Of a DNA stretch of 35,749 nt, positions 1 through 11,060 are shown piece after piece. The first letter of the stretch is position 1, and every line of letters starts with the position of its first letter. The notes below the pieces were generated by a model, which saw nothing but the letters and a program-made list of their open reading frames with translations, made no database searches and was not told the DNA's origin. The stretch lies in the NCBI RefSeq assembly GCF_001186125.1, contig NW_014040472.1, forward strand, positions 37,102-72,850, written 5' to 3'. The DNA is from Sphaeroforma arctica JP610. Its lineage: Eukaryota. A program made the translations under genes and the position numbers.

Positions 1-64
1 ACTATAAGTACACATACGTGTAAATACGCAAACATACGTTGATAGGGTTTATGGGTGACGAATT

Positions 65-435
65 TTACTTCAGCACAGATTTCAAAGCACTTCTGGGTTG
101 GTGGTGTAAATGTACTACGAACACGCTGAACCCATGATGCTCGACCCGCGGGCGCACACGAAAACGATTCGTTCTTTCACTGCCGGTACCAAGGACGGCG
201 TAGGTTATCTGCATAGGTGCCCAGACATTGAACGTCACGAAGTCTGAATGATACGCTCTTCTCTTCAGATTGAGTTTGGATTGCTTGCAGTGCATACTCT
301 CTTGATTGACAACAATATCATTGTGTCTCTGCTATCTGGACGGTATGGAAAGTTGTAACACACACACAAATAACACAATACACACTCGCTCAATGTAGTC
401 TCCAAGGAGTCCAAGCTGGCTGACGATTCGGCCAT
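65..435 (-). CDS. Possible small spliced hypothetical gene (uncertain; may extend beyond the window)
   Basis: ATG at 435 (MAESSASLDSLETT...). Donor AGA|GTATGC at 297 and acceptor TATGCAG|ATA at 209 join in phase 0 to ITYAVLG...PRSALKSVLK*. No family motif recognised. Confidence 0.3.
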
Positions 436-816
436 CGGCACTGTTGACTGTAGAGTGTCTGTAGGGCTGAAGCTTGTAGGAATGTAGGGCGTAGGCACCA
501 CATACTGATACTACTAATATGTCGTCGGCTTTTGTTTGGTATTTACTAAAATATAATACTATTGGTTACCGATCTATGGCATTTGGTTTTTAGCAAACCC
601 CCCCCCCCCTAAGTAGCCGTACATACTGCTGGTATGTATTGTACATAGTCACTGTCACTACATTCTCTCTCTAAATAGTAGAGAAGAGAGATTTCAATAT
701 CGAGAGAGATCAAAAGCCATATTATAAATATATACATCTCTGAGACACACACACATAAACACTTCTGTCTATCCTCATACCTCGCTTACGCGCATGTTTA
801 TCGTATTAAATGCCAT

Positions 817-2056
817 ATGGCGGATCAGTTCCACACCAGCGTCTCGCCAGAAGGCGCTGGGGGCCATCTGAAACAGTATCGACGTGAACTTAGTGGGTTT
901 ACGAACAGTGCAGGAACGAGCCCGAAGTCTCGTGAGCGTACCAGTTACACGATAAAACTGCAGGAATCAAACATAGCTAACGATCAATTCAATCCTTTTA
1001 GTGCGAATAGGATATTGCTACCGGAGCGATCGCTATCGTCAGAGCCTGTACAGATTAATAACAGGTATACCGACTCACAAGAAGAACAGAGGTATATAGA
1101 CCATGGCAAAAGCATGCCCTTGCCTCCGAGGCTCAATTTAGGTGTCAGCATGGGTGCCCAGGGGTACAAACGTTCGCACGGTGAGTTAGAGAATGTTGAA
1201 GCTGGTTATACGTACAGGAGGATGAAAGGTGGTGAAGCAAGCAATAGCAGTACAGGTCTGGCAATGCCGAGGAACAACTTTGAGGGTGACAGCAAAGGGC
1301 CACGGCCGCAGTCACGCCAGAGGAGTCAGCAGTACTTGCAGGATCAAGAACGTGAAGTACAAACGAAGCAACAACGTCCGCAGCATTCATTAAAACAGAA
1401 TGACGACGACGCTAAAGCACAACAACAGAGACAGCAACACACTTTCAGAGCATACACACCCGCCACTCGTCCTATCGGTGTTGTGCCTACTAGCGCATGC
1501 CCGTCGAAGGGAAGTGAAGGGAAGTCCGAGATCGACCATGGACAAGCACAGTACCAATTTCAATACCAATGGAAGGTGGATGGCGAAACCAAGAAAGGCT
1601 CAATCAGGGCGCCAAGAGGAGGACCGAAAACGGGGAAGTCATATCAGAAAGCACTTGGCCAGAGTTCCGGCGCTGATGCAGCCAGGGTGCCAGGCGCGGA
1701 CAGGCTTAGGCTCGACTCTACAGAGGGTCCGATGATTGACCATACTGCAGCGCTATCACAAGCGGATACTCTACAGCAAGAGGTGAATAGATTAGGTGGT
1801 GACGACGGTGAAGCAGTGGGAATATTGTCCCCTGGAATGGCTAGGGAGCAGAAGAGAGTAGGAATGCTCACTAAGTACATAGAGGACGTGCAATGTGAGG
1901 AAGGAACTGCAGAAGTGGCTAGCACTTCCGGGAATGGCATTATGGGAGTCACCAGTAAGGTTTACCAAGCCACACTGGATGAGAAAGTCCAAAATTTGAT
2001 GCAGGCCTATCTGAATACCTTGCAGCTCACACAAATTTCGCTGGATCTGCCGGAAG
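817..2056 (+). CDS. Hypothetical protein, Q/S/G-rich disordered N-terminus; probable first exon of a larger gene
   Basis: 419-codon ATG ORF. Donor GAAG|GTATGC at 2057 lies just before the stop. Candidate next exon 2547-2608 (TAG|...|GTATGT; EDSFSASDIEVSILDTAGRSF) fits phase 1. I could not resolve the link to the 3667 exon. Confidence 0.7.
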
Positions 2057-2131
2057 GTATGCAAATTAGCGTATAACTCAATCTCTTGTGTACAGAATTT
2101 GGTTCTGAGTTTATTGAATTAGAATATATAT

Positions 2132-2151
2132 NNNNNNNNNNNNNNNNNNNN
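2132..2151. other. Assembly gap (20 N)
   Basis: Run of N flanked by TA repeats. Confidence 0.99.
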
Positions 2152-2221
2152 ATATACATATATATATTTACATAAATACACATATTCATATACATACATA
2201 CACACACGCACACATACATAG

Positions 2222-2260
<39 letters not shown>

Positions 2261-2262
2261 CG
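2152..2262. repeat. Compound microsatellite (TA)n/(CATA)n/(TG)n
   Basis: Directly visible di- and tetranucleotide runs. Confidence 0.95.
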
Positions 2263-3666
2263 TGTAGTATAGTGTAATCCAATGTCTACGAGTTGTTCCT
2301 GTTATGCGTATTTGACTGTACATAGCAATCTGTCCTTCTGCTTCATCTCTGGACAGTAGTCTTTTCTATGGAGACGAAAATCCGCATATGATCCATTGTA
2401 ATTTGGGCCGTTGAATAGCGCAATGATTCATTAACAGAAGTTTCCAGCGCAATTATTGTAGATGCGTTAAATGACGAATTTCTGTTGGTTTGGGATGCTT
2501 TTGTAAAACATAGTCTGATAAAATATTCTTTGTTTATTTTATGTAGAGGATTCATTTTCAGCTTCAGACATAGAGGTGTCCATTTTAGACACAGCAGGGC
2601 GCAGCTTCGTATGTACAGCCAACATGATCGATAGTCAAAGGTATGTATCAAAAAAGTTCTCGTTTGAACATCAGATATGAGCTTTTATGTGAACGGGATG
2701 ATCTCGTGTCATACGTCTGAAGTGCTTAGTGAGAGGCTCCAAACTAGCATCTAGCCATTTTAACGTCTGGCAAGTGTAGTGCATCGTCCCAAATGACTTT
2801 CGCTTAGGGAATATCGAAATTTGTCTGTTCACCTCTAAGAGATATCGCCAAATTCCGATGCTGTGTTGATCACTTTCGATTGCAAAATTCTGCGCGAACG
2901 CATTTTAGCCGGACTATGATGATTGAACGCTCACATTCGAAAGCTTCGTTCGTCTATATGAGCTTCGAGGCTATGGGTGTTCACGTATATGTCGCAGTTT
3001 ATATTTTAGAGTCTGTCGAAGTTAGGCTTCTTTCCACATCTAAACGTGCATATTTCTTTATTGTGCCTTCGCTATCGAATTGGCTGTGGTATAACTCACA
3101 TTGTATAATATAAAATCGAATTTGTATCTTGTGCTTGTACATGTTTATGCAAGGATGTTTCGAACTAGTAAGTATACCGTAAGAATCTCATTTTTTTTAG
3201 CAATGGTCCTAGACAAGGCGTCAACTGCGTCTTTGCTGGGTACAATGCAGTCTGTGTGGGCGCAAATCCAGTCTATCAATTTTATGCACGTCGATAGATG
3301 TGTTTTCACTCATTTGAACGTTTTAGAATTGTTGCGTTGAACTTCATTGATATACATGTGCATCATGTATCACCACATGTGGAACGATCATATTTTCAAG
3401 TACAGATATAGTAGTCGTTATTCACATAAGTATACATTCATCCCGGCCGTTCTTTTGAGTCATGTCCAATTGAATATGGACTCGACTGAAAAGGGTAGTG
3501 TATACGTTTTGAGTCACATTTCAAAGGGATAGTCGAAACTCGTAAACTCGTATCAAAGTGCCGCCACATTATGTGTCATTTGCGTGCGTTCATATATCTG
3601 TGGTCGTGGACAATGTACACGCACATACTATGTCAGCTCAAAACTTACGGTATCCTATCTATGCAG

Positions 3667-6481
3667 GCCTCAATCGGAGCAAGCAGACAATGATGGGATG
3701 GACGCTGATGCGGCTCATAACTCGAGTGACATCCCCCCACTGCCCGTCAACCCCACCGACTTGGACAAGGAAGTAAATATCACCATTCCAGCCGCCATCA
3801 GTGGGCCCGCTATTGACAGTGGCAATGAACAAAGTAAAAGCCACGAGATCAGTGGTGTCGATGGCAAGAGTCTGTCGAAGGAGAAGACTGAACCGGAAAC
3901 GACCGAAGAGCAGGTCGCCAACGAGACACAACCCAGTACCAAGACTAGGGATGGCCAGGGATACTTCACGGACACGGACAGTGATGAAAGAGCAGATTTG
4001 TCGCTTGATGACGGTTCCAGTGAGTCTGCTAGTTCAACAAATATGCAAGTTACGCGGAGGAAGGACCCCTCCTCGGACCCAGCTCTCAGTGATAACAAAA
4101 GATTGAAAGAGGGTTCTAAAGCGGCCGGCCGTGGTGGTAAAAACAATAGCGGCGTATACAGTCGCAAAAGCTCCGCGCAGGTAACAACCGTTCCAAATTC
4201 CCAGTCCGAGTCTGAAGATCCGCCTATCAGTCCTTTTTCGCGCCGCACGGTGTCCAAACGGAATCGGTCTGTGTCACCTCCACCATCCGTGCCACTGGAT
4301 CACTTCGAGAAACCGTTCAAAAGAACGCATACTCCTGCAGACATGCAAGTACGCGGCGTGGGTGGGAGTCTGAATGTGAAAAAGGCGCCAGTGTATGGCA
4401 GAAGTAAGAGCACTGAGCCGCTGGGTGCCGAGAAGCGACTGAATGGTGCCACGAGTAGGGGTTTATCAGTTGAAAACGCAAGCTCTACAACCACAGGAGA
4501 GCCTGTGAGAACATCAGCAGCAGCTGCTGCAGAATCTGGCGTGTCCGCTCCTACAGCTTCGGCGGATGTGGCAGAAACGTTGCAAGGTGCAAGTAAGAAC
4601 AACGGTGTCGATGCTAAAAACCTCGAATCGACCGTCGAAACCAGTGAAGGCCAAAAAATAGAAAATGAACTCTATGGCACATCGAACGAACCTGGTATAG
4701 TAAACACTAAATCTACAGAGGCTAGAATTCCTAGTGATGAGCTGCACGCAATTGCCAAAGCATCAAAGGTCAAGATGAAGTCTACCGATGCAGATGTAGC
4801 AAGTCTTGCAGCGGTTGCTAAGGACACGAATGATACCGAGACGTTTAGCAACAGAAAACACGATAGCGTAAATACAAGTGTAAATAATGACGGTAGGAAT
4901 TCAGATAGAATTAATAATTCCAAGGAGGGCCTCAACAAAATAGCAAATGCCGATAATTTTAGCTCAACAAATATTTCCGGTGAAAACTCCGAGAGGCTTG
5001 GCATGGAGAAAGAAAACAGTGCCGAGAGAGTGATTGATGCTACTGAGAAGGTAACCACGCTTATTCCTGTGGAAACCTCGCGTTCGAAGGACCTCACTGT
5101 GAAACTCCGGCTCCCAAGCAAGACCAAGACGCAATCTACTGTTGGTGGGAAAAGTGACACAACCAATACCAACGCAGAAGACATTGCTCAGCAACACAAT
5201 GGAAGCTCTAGGGGCAAAAGGACAGCCGCGGAACTTGATATTATACATACCCTCGAAGCTAACAGCGACGGCTCAGAAGACGAAACGGGCGGAACAGTAG
5301 CTGAAAACGAGCCTTCAAACCAAGCTATCCGATTCAAGGTCGTTATGTCAGCTCCAAGACCTTCGGTGACTGATGCGAGAGATCGCACACGCGAGTTTCT
5401 TTCGGCGCGTTCGAAATCCGTCCTCGATGATCTTAGCAATCAATCAATGACGGACACAATAGCTGCTGCTGATATTAAGAGAAGCACGAGCGCATTTGGA
5501 GTCCGTTCTGATCATTCTGATAGATACGGTGACAGTGTTCGGCAGAGTAAGAAAATGAAGCGCAAACCTTCGGCAAATGAGTTGAAAGTAGGGGACGCGC
5601 GAATGAACCCTAGTATAGACCGGGCACTTGGGTCTATTGTATCGGGTATTGATGACGTGACCGCAAGTGTTGCAGCTCTCAATGCAAGTGCGGAGAGCAA
5701 GCTCGGCAGAGAGCAAACACCAGACGTGGCTGGTGATGCTATGCCGGCATTGACTAGGATTATCAGCCCGAGGGGCTCATTCTCTGGCAATAGGAGGCAC
5801 TCTCTGATTGTGTTGCCGTCCGAGGACATGCCGGCTGCAGTACCATTGGACGCCGAGCTCCCTCTCAGTGGTACAAACAGTCGTTCCAATAGCCGGCTGG
5901 GTGACAACAAAAGCTCTGATGAGGAGTTGCGCAAGCGCGGTAGCAGGCACAATTCGGCCCAGCCTATCAACCGTGCATCAAGCTTGCCGAGGATTGTGAA
6001 TGGTGTCGACGTCAAGGATTGTAATCGGTTAGGGAGACGAGGGTCACAGATCAGAAGCTGCAGCCCTTCACGGGAAGGCGTTGCCTGTGAGGATGAACAA
6101 TTGCTGGGCAGTCAGGATATGCACGCCACTCTCGAAAGGAAAGAGAGCCGCAATTCAGTCAACATCAAAGCGGGTATGTATCAATCAATATTTTTGATAG
6201 GGCTCACTGAAACGTGGCTTAAAAACCAAAACTCGCTGCACAGGACCGGTGCAAAGTTTGTTCCAAAATTATCGTTCACATATTCACCCGCTCGATCGGT
6301 ACAACTATGCAGAGTCATGTGTTGACCTGGTCTCCTTTCCTGTTTTCCTACAGGACATTCCCCTGCCTACTTCCCCACTCCAGTCGCTATAAGTACACTG
6401 GTGCCCGTGTACGAACTGGTCATAGAGGCATCGGGCGAGCATACAATCAAAGAGAACGGAAAAACTGACACTCCCCGCTGA
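3667..6481 (+). CDS. Large S/T/E/K-rich intrinsically disordered hypothetical protein (exons ~3667-6173 and 6353-6481); may be the 3' part of the 817 gene
   Basis: 913-codon open frame. Acceptor ATGCAG| ends at 3666 and donor GCGG|GTATGT starts at 6174 (phase 1). Acceptor TTTTCCTACAG| ends at 6352 and gives in-phase GHSPAYFPTPV...TDTPR*. No domain recognised. Confidence 0.75.
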
Positions 6482-7357
6482 GCACAAATGAGGAACGAGG
6501 GGTATCAGGACCATCTTCCGTTAGGTGTAAGCAGTACCATCCGATGGGATATCTCTCTGCTATCAATCCTCACGCGATTGAACGGTTACCGATAAGGACG
6601 ATTCAGTCTGCACCGCAGCTGCAGCGAGCCGATCCTTGACAGACGAGTAGCAACTTGTCCAAACGTGGGGTTGGGTCGCCCATTCAATTACCGTTTTTGT
6701 AAATTTAATGTTCGACACTTTTAACAGGCCCTGCAGAAAAGTAGGCTATTTTGTCGGACAACAAAAAGCGAGCATTTGGGCATTGAACTCCATTGCGAGA
6801 CCACATTTCCAGACTTGCTATGTATTATAGTGTCTTACAATTTTCCCCGATATAGGCGGATAGGGTTCACGCCGGACATACTGGGATATCACAAGCTTAG
6901 ATTACCTCAGTATCAACAGCGTGCTCGCTTAACACACAATCCATCACCGCCACTTAGTAATAATCAAAGTAATCTCTTTTCATATTTCGCTTTTCTGCGA
7001 TTACAATAAATACCCATTTTACACAAGAGAAGCATCACAAACCGTAAATACTGTATGCATGATCCTGATTATCATTACAACACCGCAATCGAGCAACAGT
7101 TAGAACGAAAATTAGAAAATATATATACATCTAGTAGAGCTTGAATCAAGTAACCAACAATGATACGAAGTGAATTGCTGAAGTAACAAGGGTTGTTACA
7201 ATACATGAGGCTACTATTTAATTCTGGATCCATGTATATTGGAAAGTCGACCGATAGCATTTGTCTGGCAGAATCGCGCAATGGCATTACATACTGCCAA
7301 GTACTTCACACCCACAACTAATGGGCTAAATGGCTACTCGCCATCTCGGATATATAA

Positions 7358-9526
7358 CTAAATATTGTTTGTTTTGCGATATTCGATGAGGTCACTGATG
7401 GTGATGATTTTTAGGCCGTATTCTCGGCTGAAAGTTTCCAAATCACTTCGTCGTGCCATGTTCCCGTTATCCAGCACAATTTCACACAGCACTCCCATAG
7501 GTTTTAGTCCGGCTAACTTGCATAGATCCGACGTCGCCTCTGCATGAAAACCATTCACAAAACAAGCGTAATTTTTTTTTGGTCAGAGACAGAGTCTTCA
7601 CATTTCCCAAAGTTCGACTACCTTCCGATTCTCGCATTTAGCTATCGATCTTCTTACATATGTTAAAGCAAAAGACTTCAATTCACACACCTGTATGTCC
7701 CATTCTGGTCAAGACACCGCCCTCTACCGAGACTAGTGGGAATATGTGTCCGGGTCGATTAAATTCCGATGCTTTAATTGATGAGTCGCATGCCGCGGTC
7801 ACCGTTGCCGATCTGGAAAATATAAATAAGTAGATACATCAATTTTTATGACGCGCATTTCACCGCGGCGTTAGCTTGATTGACTATCGAAAAGATGCGC
7901 TAGCTTTCAGGCCCAAAGTTTTCGCCATAGTCTGACCATACTTCCAATCAACAAAATGAGTTGGGCAATATACATTAACATACCTGTCACCAGCCGAAAT
8001 ACCGGTGGTCGTCCCAACAGCGTAGTCGACAGTGTGCGTGAATGCCGTTCGGTGCTTCTCTGTATTGTTCACAACCATAATTGGCAACTCCAAGCGTTCC
8101 TGGTCGGGTTTCGTTAGACTGAGACAGACAATACCGCTGCGCATAAAATAATAATAATGGTTTAGTCGGATGTCAATTTATAGCACTATTACATTTCCAC
8201 TGGTCAATTACACTACTCATATTCGAAGTTAATGGCAATCACTGCTTCGTGATCACTTCATCAAAGACTTTTCACGGTATCCACCAAAAATAAGTTCGGT
8301 CCCTCCAATATCGTAAGATGTCAAACCAATCAATTATGCTGTGCATACAGGCATGACACATGCGTCCGTGCTCGTAATAGTAACAGAGGTACTCTATACT
8401 AGACCAAAAAAATCCCTTGCTATCGAATACACAACTCAAACTCGCGTCCGCGATGAAAATCGTTTGTAATTATAACACACCTTGTGTGACGGATCATGAA
8501 GGCCATTTTCTCAGGTGTCATGAGTTCTGCAGCCGCTACGAGATCACCCTCGTTCTCGCGATCTTCATTATCTAAAACTACCACGAATTCACCTACAAAA
8601 AAAATACATGAAATAATCAGAACCCTGTACCTGTGATCAACATCAAACTCGCCTCTGTGCATAGCTCAAGCCACGGCTTTTCACCCGCAGATTCAAACTA
8701 TTGAGAATGAGCATGCGATTTCTCGAGGGCACATTAGTCCTATCGCTTACAATATTTTGTGGTAAGAGTATAAGGGTTGCTAAAACTTGAGAACTGGTGA
8801 GTAGCCCAAATATTTTACACCGTGTGGTACTATTGGACGAGAACTCGACCTCACTGGAGAGTACTTGAATAGCCAAAACGAGCGATGGCGAGCTCTAACA
8901 ATTGAACAGCACACATCCATTTTCTGCTCAAGGTACTATAATGGCATTGTAAAAGAGAATCCACTAAATTATCTCGGAAGCGACATTTGAGCAACACACC
9001 GGAAGAGGTATATACCGGGACAACAAAAATTGGAAAGAAAACCAGAAGCCGAATACACACTAAGAATTATTCTAAAAGAGTGTAAAATCTGCACGTGTGT
9101 GCGTCTGACTTTAATAGAGCCAGCTCCATTCAACTTATGGTTTGAAGAATACGTACAAGCCATGTATACCATACACACGCACATCCTTGTATACATGTGG
9201 TACGTTAAACAAAAACAGTGACATCTATGCACAAACATATGATCAATTTATATATAAAGGTCTCCACTTAAAATGATTATACAGATAATCAGATACAAAT
9301 ATATGTATACGTATTAGGATATAGTCATGTACGCACATAACTGTATATACATACATAAAAGATGAATACGTATGTATAACATAACAACACATAAATTTGA
9401 TATTAACTAGAATCGCATGAAGCATATATATATATACTAGTTGCATTGGCAAATACAAATACTTCGGTAGCAATGATACACAACAAATATATACACGTAT
9501 ATATATATATATATGAATACAATATG

Positions 9527-9557
<31 letters not shown>

Positions 9558-9598
9558 ATATATATATGTACAAATGAATACAATATGTACATATGAAT

Positions 9599-9639
<41 letters not shown>

Positions 9640-10284
9640 CACTAAAAAATATTGGCGTCTATGTTTCAGATTAATACAACAGGAAAGTATCACGATCAAA
9701 ACTGCAAGGTGAATGAATATGCGTGTTCGGTGTACTTGGATCGTAATTAAAATCAATCGTTTATCGTGTATGCCAAAATTTACCTGGTGTGGTTATTGAT
9801 TGGATAACAATGGCAGACTTTCATAAAGTCCCACTTACAAAGTTCGAAATGGAAACATTACTATCCACGATATGACCTAGAACAAAGCTCCTACCTTGCT
9901 TAATCGCTTCTAAAGCCTCCTCTATAGTATTAAACTTGAAGTTTTCGATCTTTTCCGACCAGTCTTTCCTCGGCGCTCCTTTTACAGTTAAGCATGATTG
10001 CAATCTAAAAGGGAAAGCGGCAGTGAATCAGATGCTGCAAAAGAGAGCCGACGCGGACTCACGTACACAAATTGGCTGATATCACTAATATATACACAAT
10101 TAAACACTCCAACCACCACGCCGCTCTATTACCATCTGGAAAGCAAAGCTATTCCATAAAGGCAGGTATTCCAATGATGTTAAACTCAGTTTCGATGAAA
10201 TCATGATAGAACAGGAATAGACGTAGCGACATACCTTGCAACTTCCTTTTCTAGGTCGGCGATGCGCGTTTCTTGAGCAGACAT
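7358..10284 (-). CDS. RIB3: 3,4-dihydroxy-2-butanone 4-phosphate synthase (riboflavin biosynthesis), monofunctional, 6 exons
   Basis: Exons 10284-10235, 10004-9895, 8592-8481, 8136-7984, 7812-7691, 7539-7358 are all GT-AG and phase-consistent. Motifs [58 protein letters not shown] and [10 protein letters not shown] are diagnostic of RibB/Rib3. Confidence 0.96.
9420..9640. repeat. (TA)n-rich microsatellite block with repeated ATGAATACAATAT spacers, inside RIB3 intron 2
   Basis: Several TA runs separated by about three copies of ATGAATACAATAT. Confidence 0.9.
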
Positions 10285-10619
10285 TGTCGATTTAAGCCTA
10301 GGGCTGTTATGATACTTTTTAGTATTTGTATTCTTAAGAGTGTCGCCTGCGTACGTGGTAGCTTTTCTAAACCGGACAGCAACAGGTGAGTATGTAATAT
10401 GGCTGAATATCTAGTTATCTATGAATATATGAATATTCATGTGGCTGACTATCTATATTTAATATCGCTGGCGCCACATAGGTTTGTATGTATTTACATC
10501 GGCGTGTAAAGCCACAAAAAACTAAACAGCCCAAACACGGTAAATACATTTGTTTTTGTTTTTTTTTAAAAGAAACCATTTCTTCCAAAAGGAAAAAGGA
10601 ATAAATAAATAAATGTAAA

Positions 10620-10800
10620 TCATACAACGTCGGCGCATACGGAAGTCTCCCAGCGGCTGAACGGCGTCAGTCCGTCAGTCCGTCACGTGTCTCCTACAGT
10701 GGGCAGTGGCCGAATAAGTCGCCGCCAAAAGTTTTTTGACCGGCATTTTGAACTTCCTTTTGGCTTCTCCCAGTCGGCAGCTCCGAGCATATATTTATAA
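10620..10800. promoter_or_regulatory. Putative bidirectional promoter core between RIB3 and TRMT2A
   Basis: CpG-rich patch between AT-rich flanks, within the 776 bp separating divergent ATGs (10284 and 11061). Contains CGGAAGT, CGTCA x3 and GTCACGTG. Confidence 0.5.
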
Positions 10801-11060
10801 ATAAAGATTCATACAACATCGTATCACGTATATATGCGTAAATGTTTTATTAAACTCGATCGGTATATCAATGGATAGCAACGATCTGTATATGTGAGCA
10901 ATAAGGGATACTTACCTTTACTTTACAACTTTTGGCATATCCGCCTCCATTATAGTTTACTGCTGAGAATACATTGCGGATATATAATAAGTGCCGGAAA
11001 CCCGAGGCCACCGCAGCACAAAAGGAACGAGTATCGTTTGGTAGTGCTTTAAAATTGATC

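Noticed and set aside
598..710. Poly-C tract and CT/AG inverted tract as a structured RNA or terminator
   Set aside because: Simple low-complexity promoter-region sequence with no further support.
2560..2608. Ras-like G3 motif (ILDTAG) in a candidate exon
   Set aside because: No P-loop or NKxD motif found in neighbouring candidate exons; a short match is likely chance.
3659..6015. Several 80-180 aa minus-strand ORFs
   Set aside because: Antisense shadows of the long plus-strand exon.
6174..6325. uDENN-like C-terminal tail of the 913-aa ORF
   Set aside because: It begins at a GTATGT donor and is better explained as intron read-through; no DENN domain follows.
9243..9756. Y/I-rich ORFs (also the H/T-rich ORFs at 2007-2282 and 26793-26978)
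   Set aside because: Translations of TA and CA microsatellites.
10285..10620. FMN riboswitch upstream of RIB3
   Set aside because: No recognisable RFN core sequences, and FMN riboswitches are bacterial; an Infernal scan would be needed to exclude it formally.
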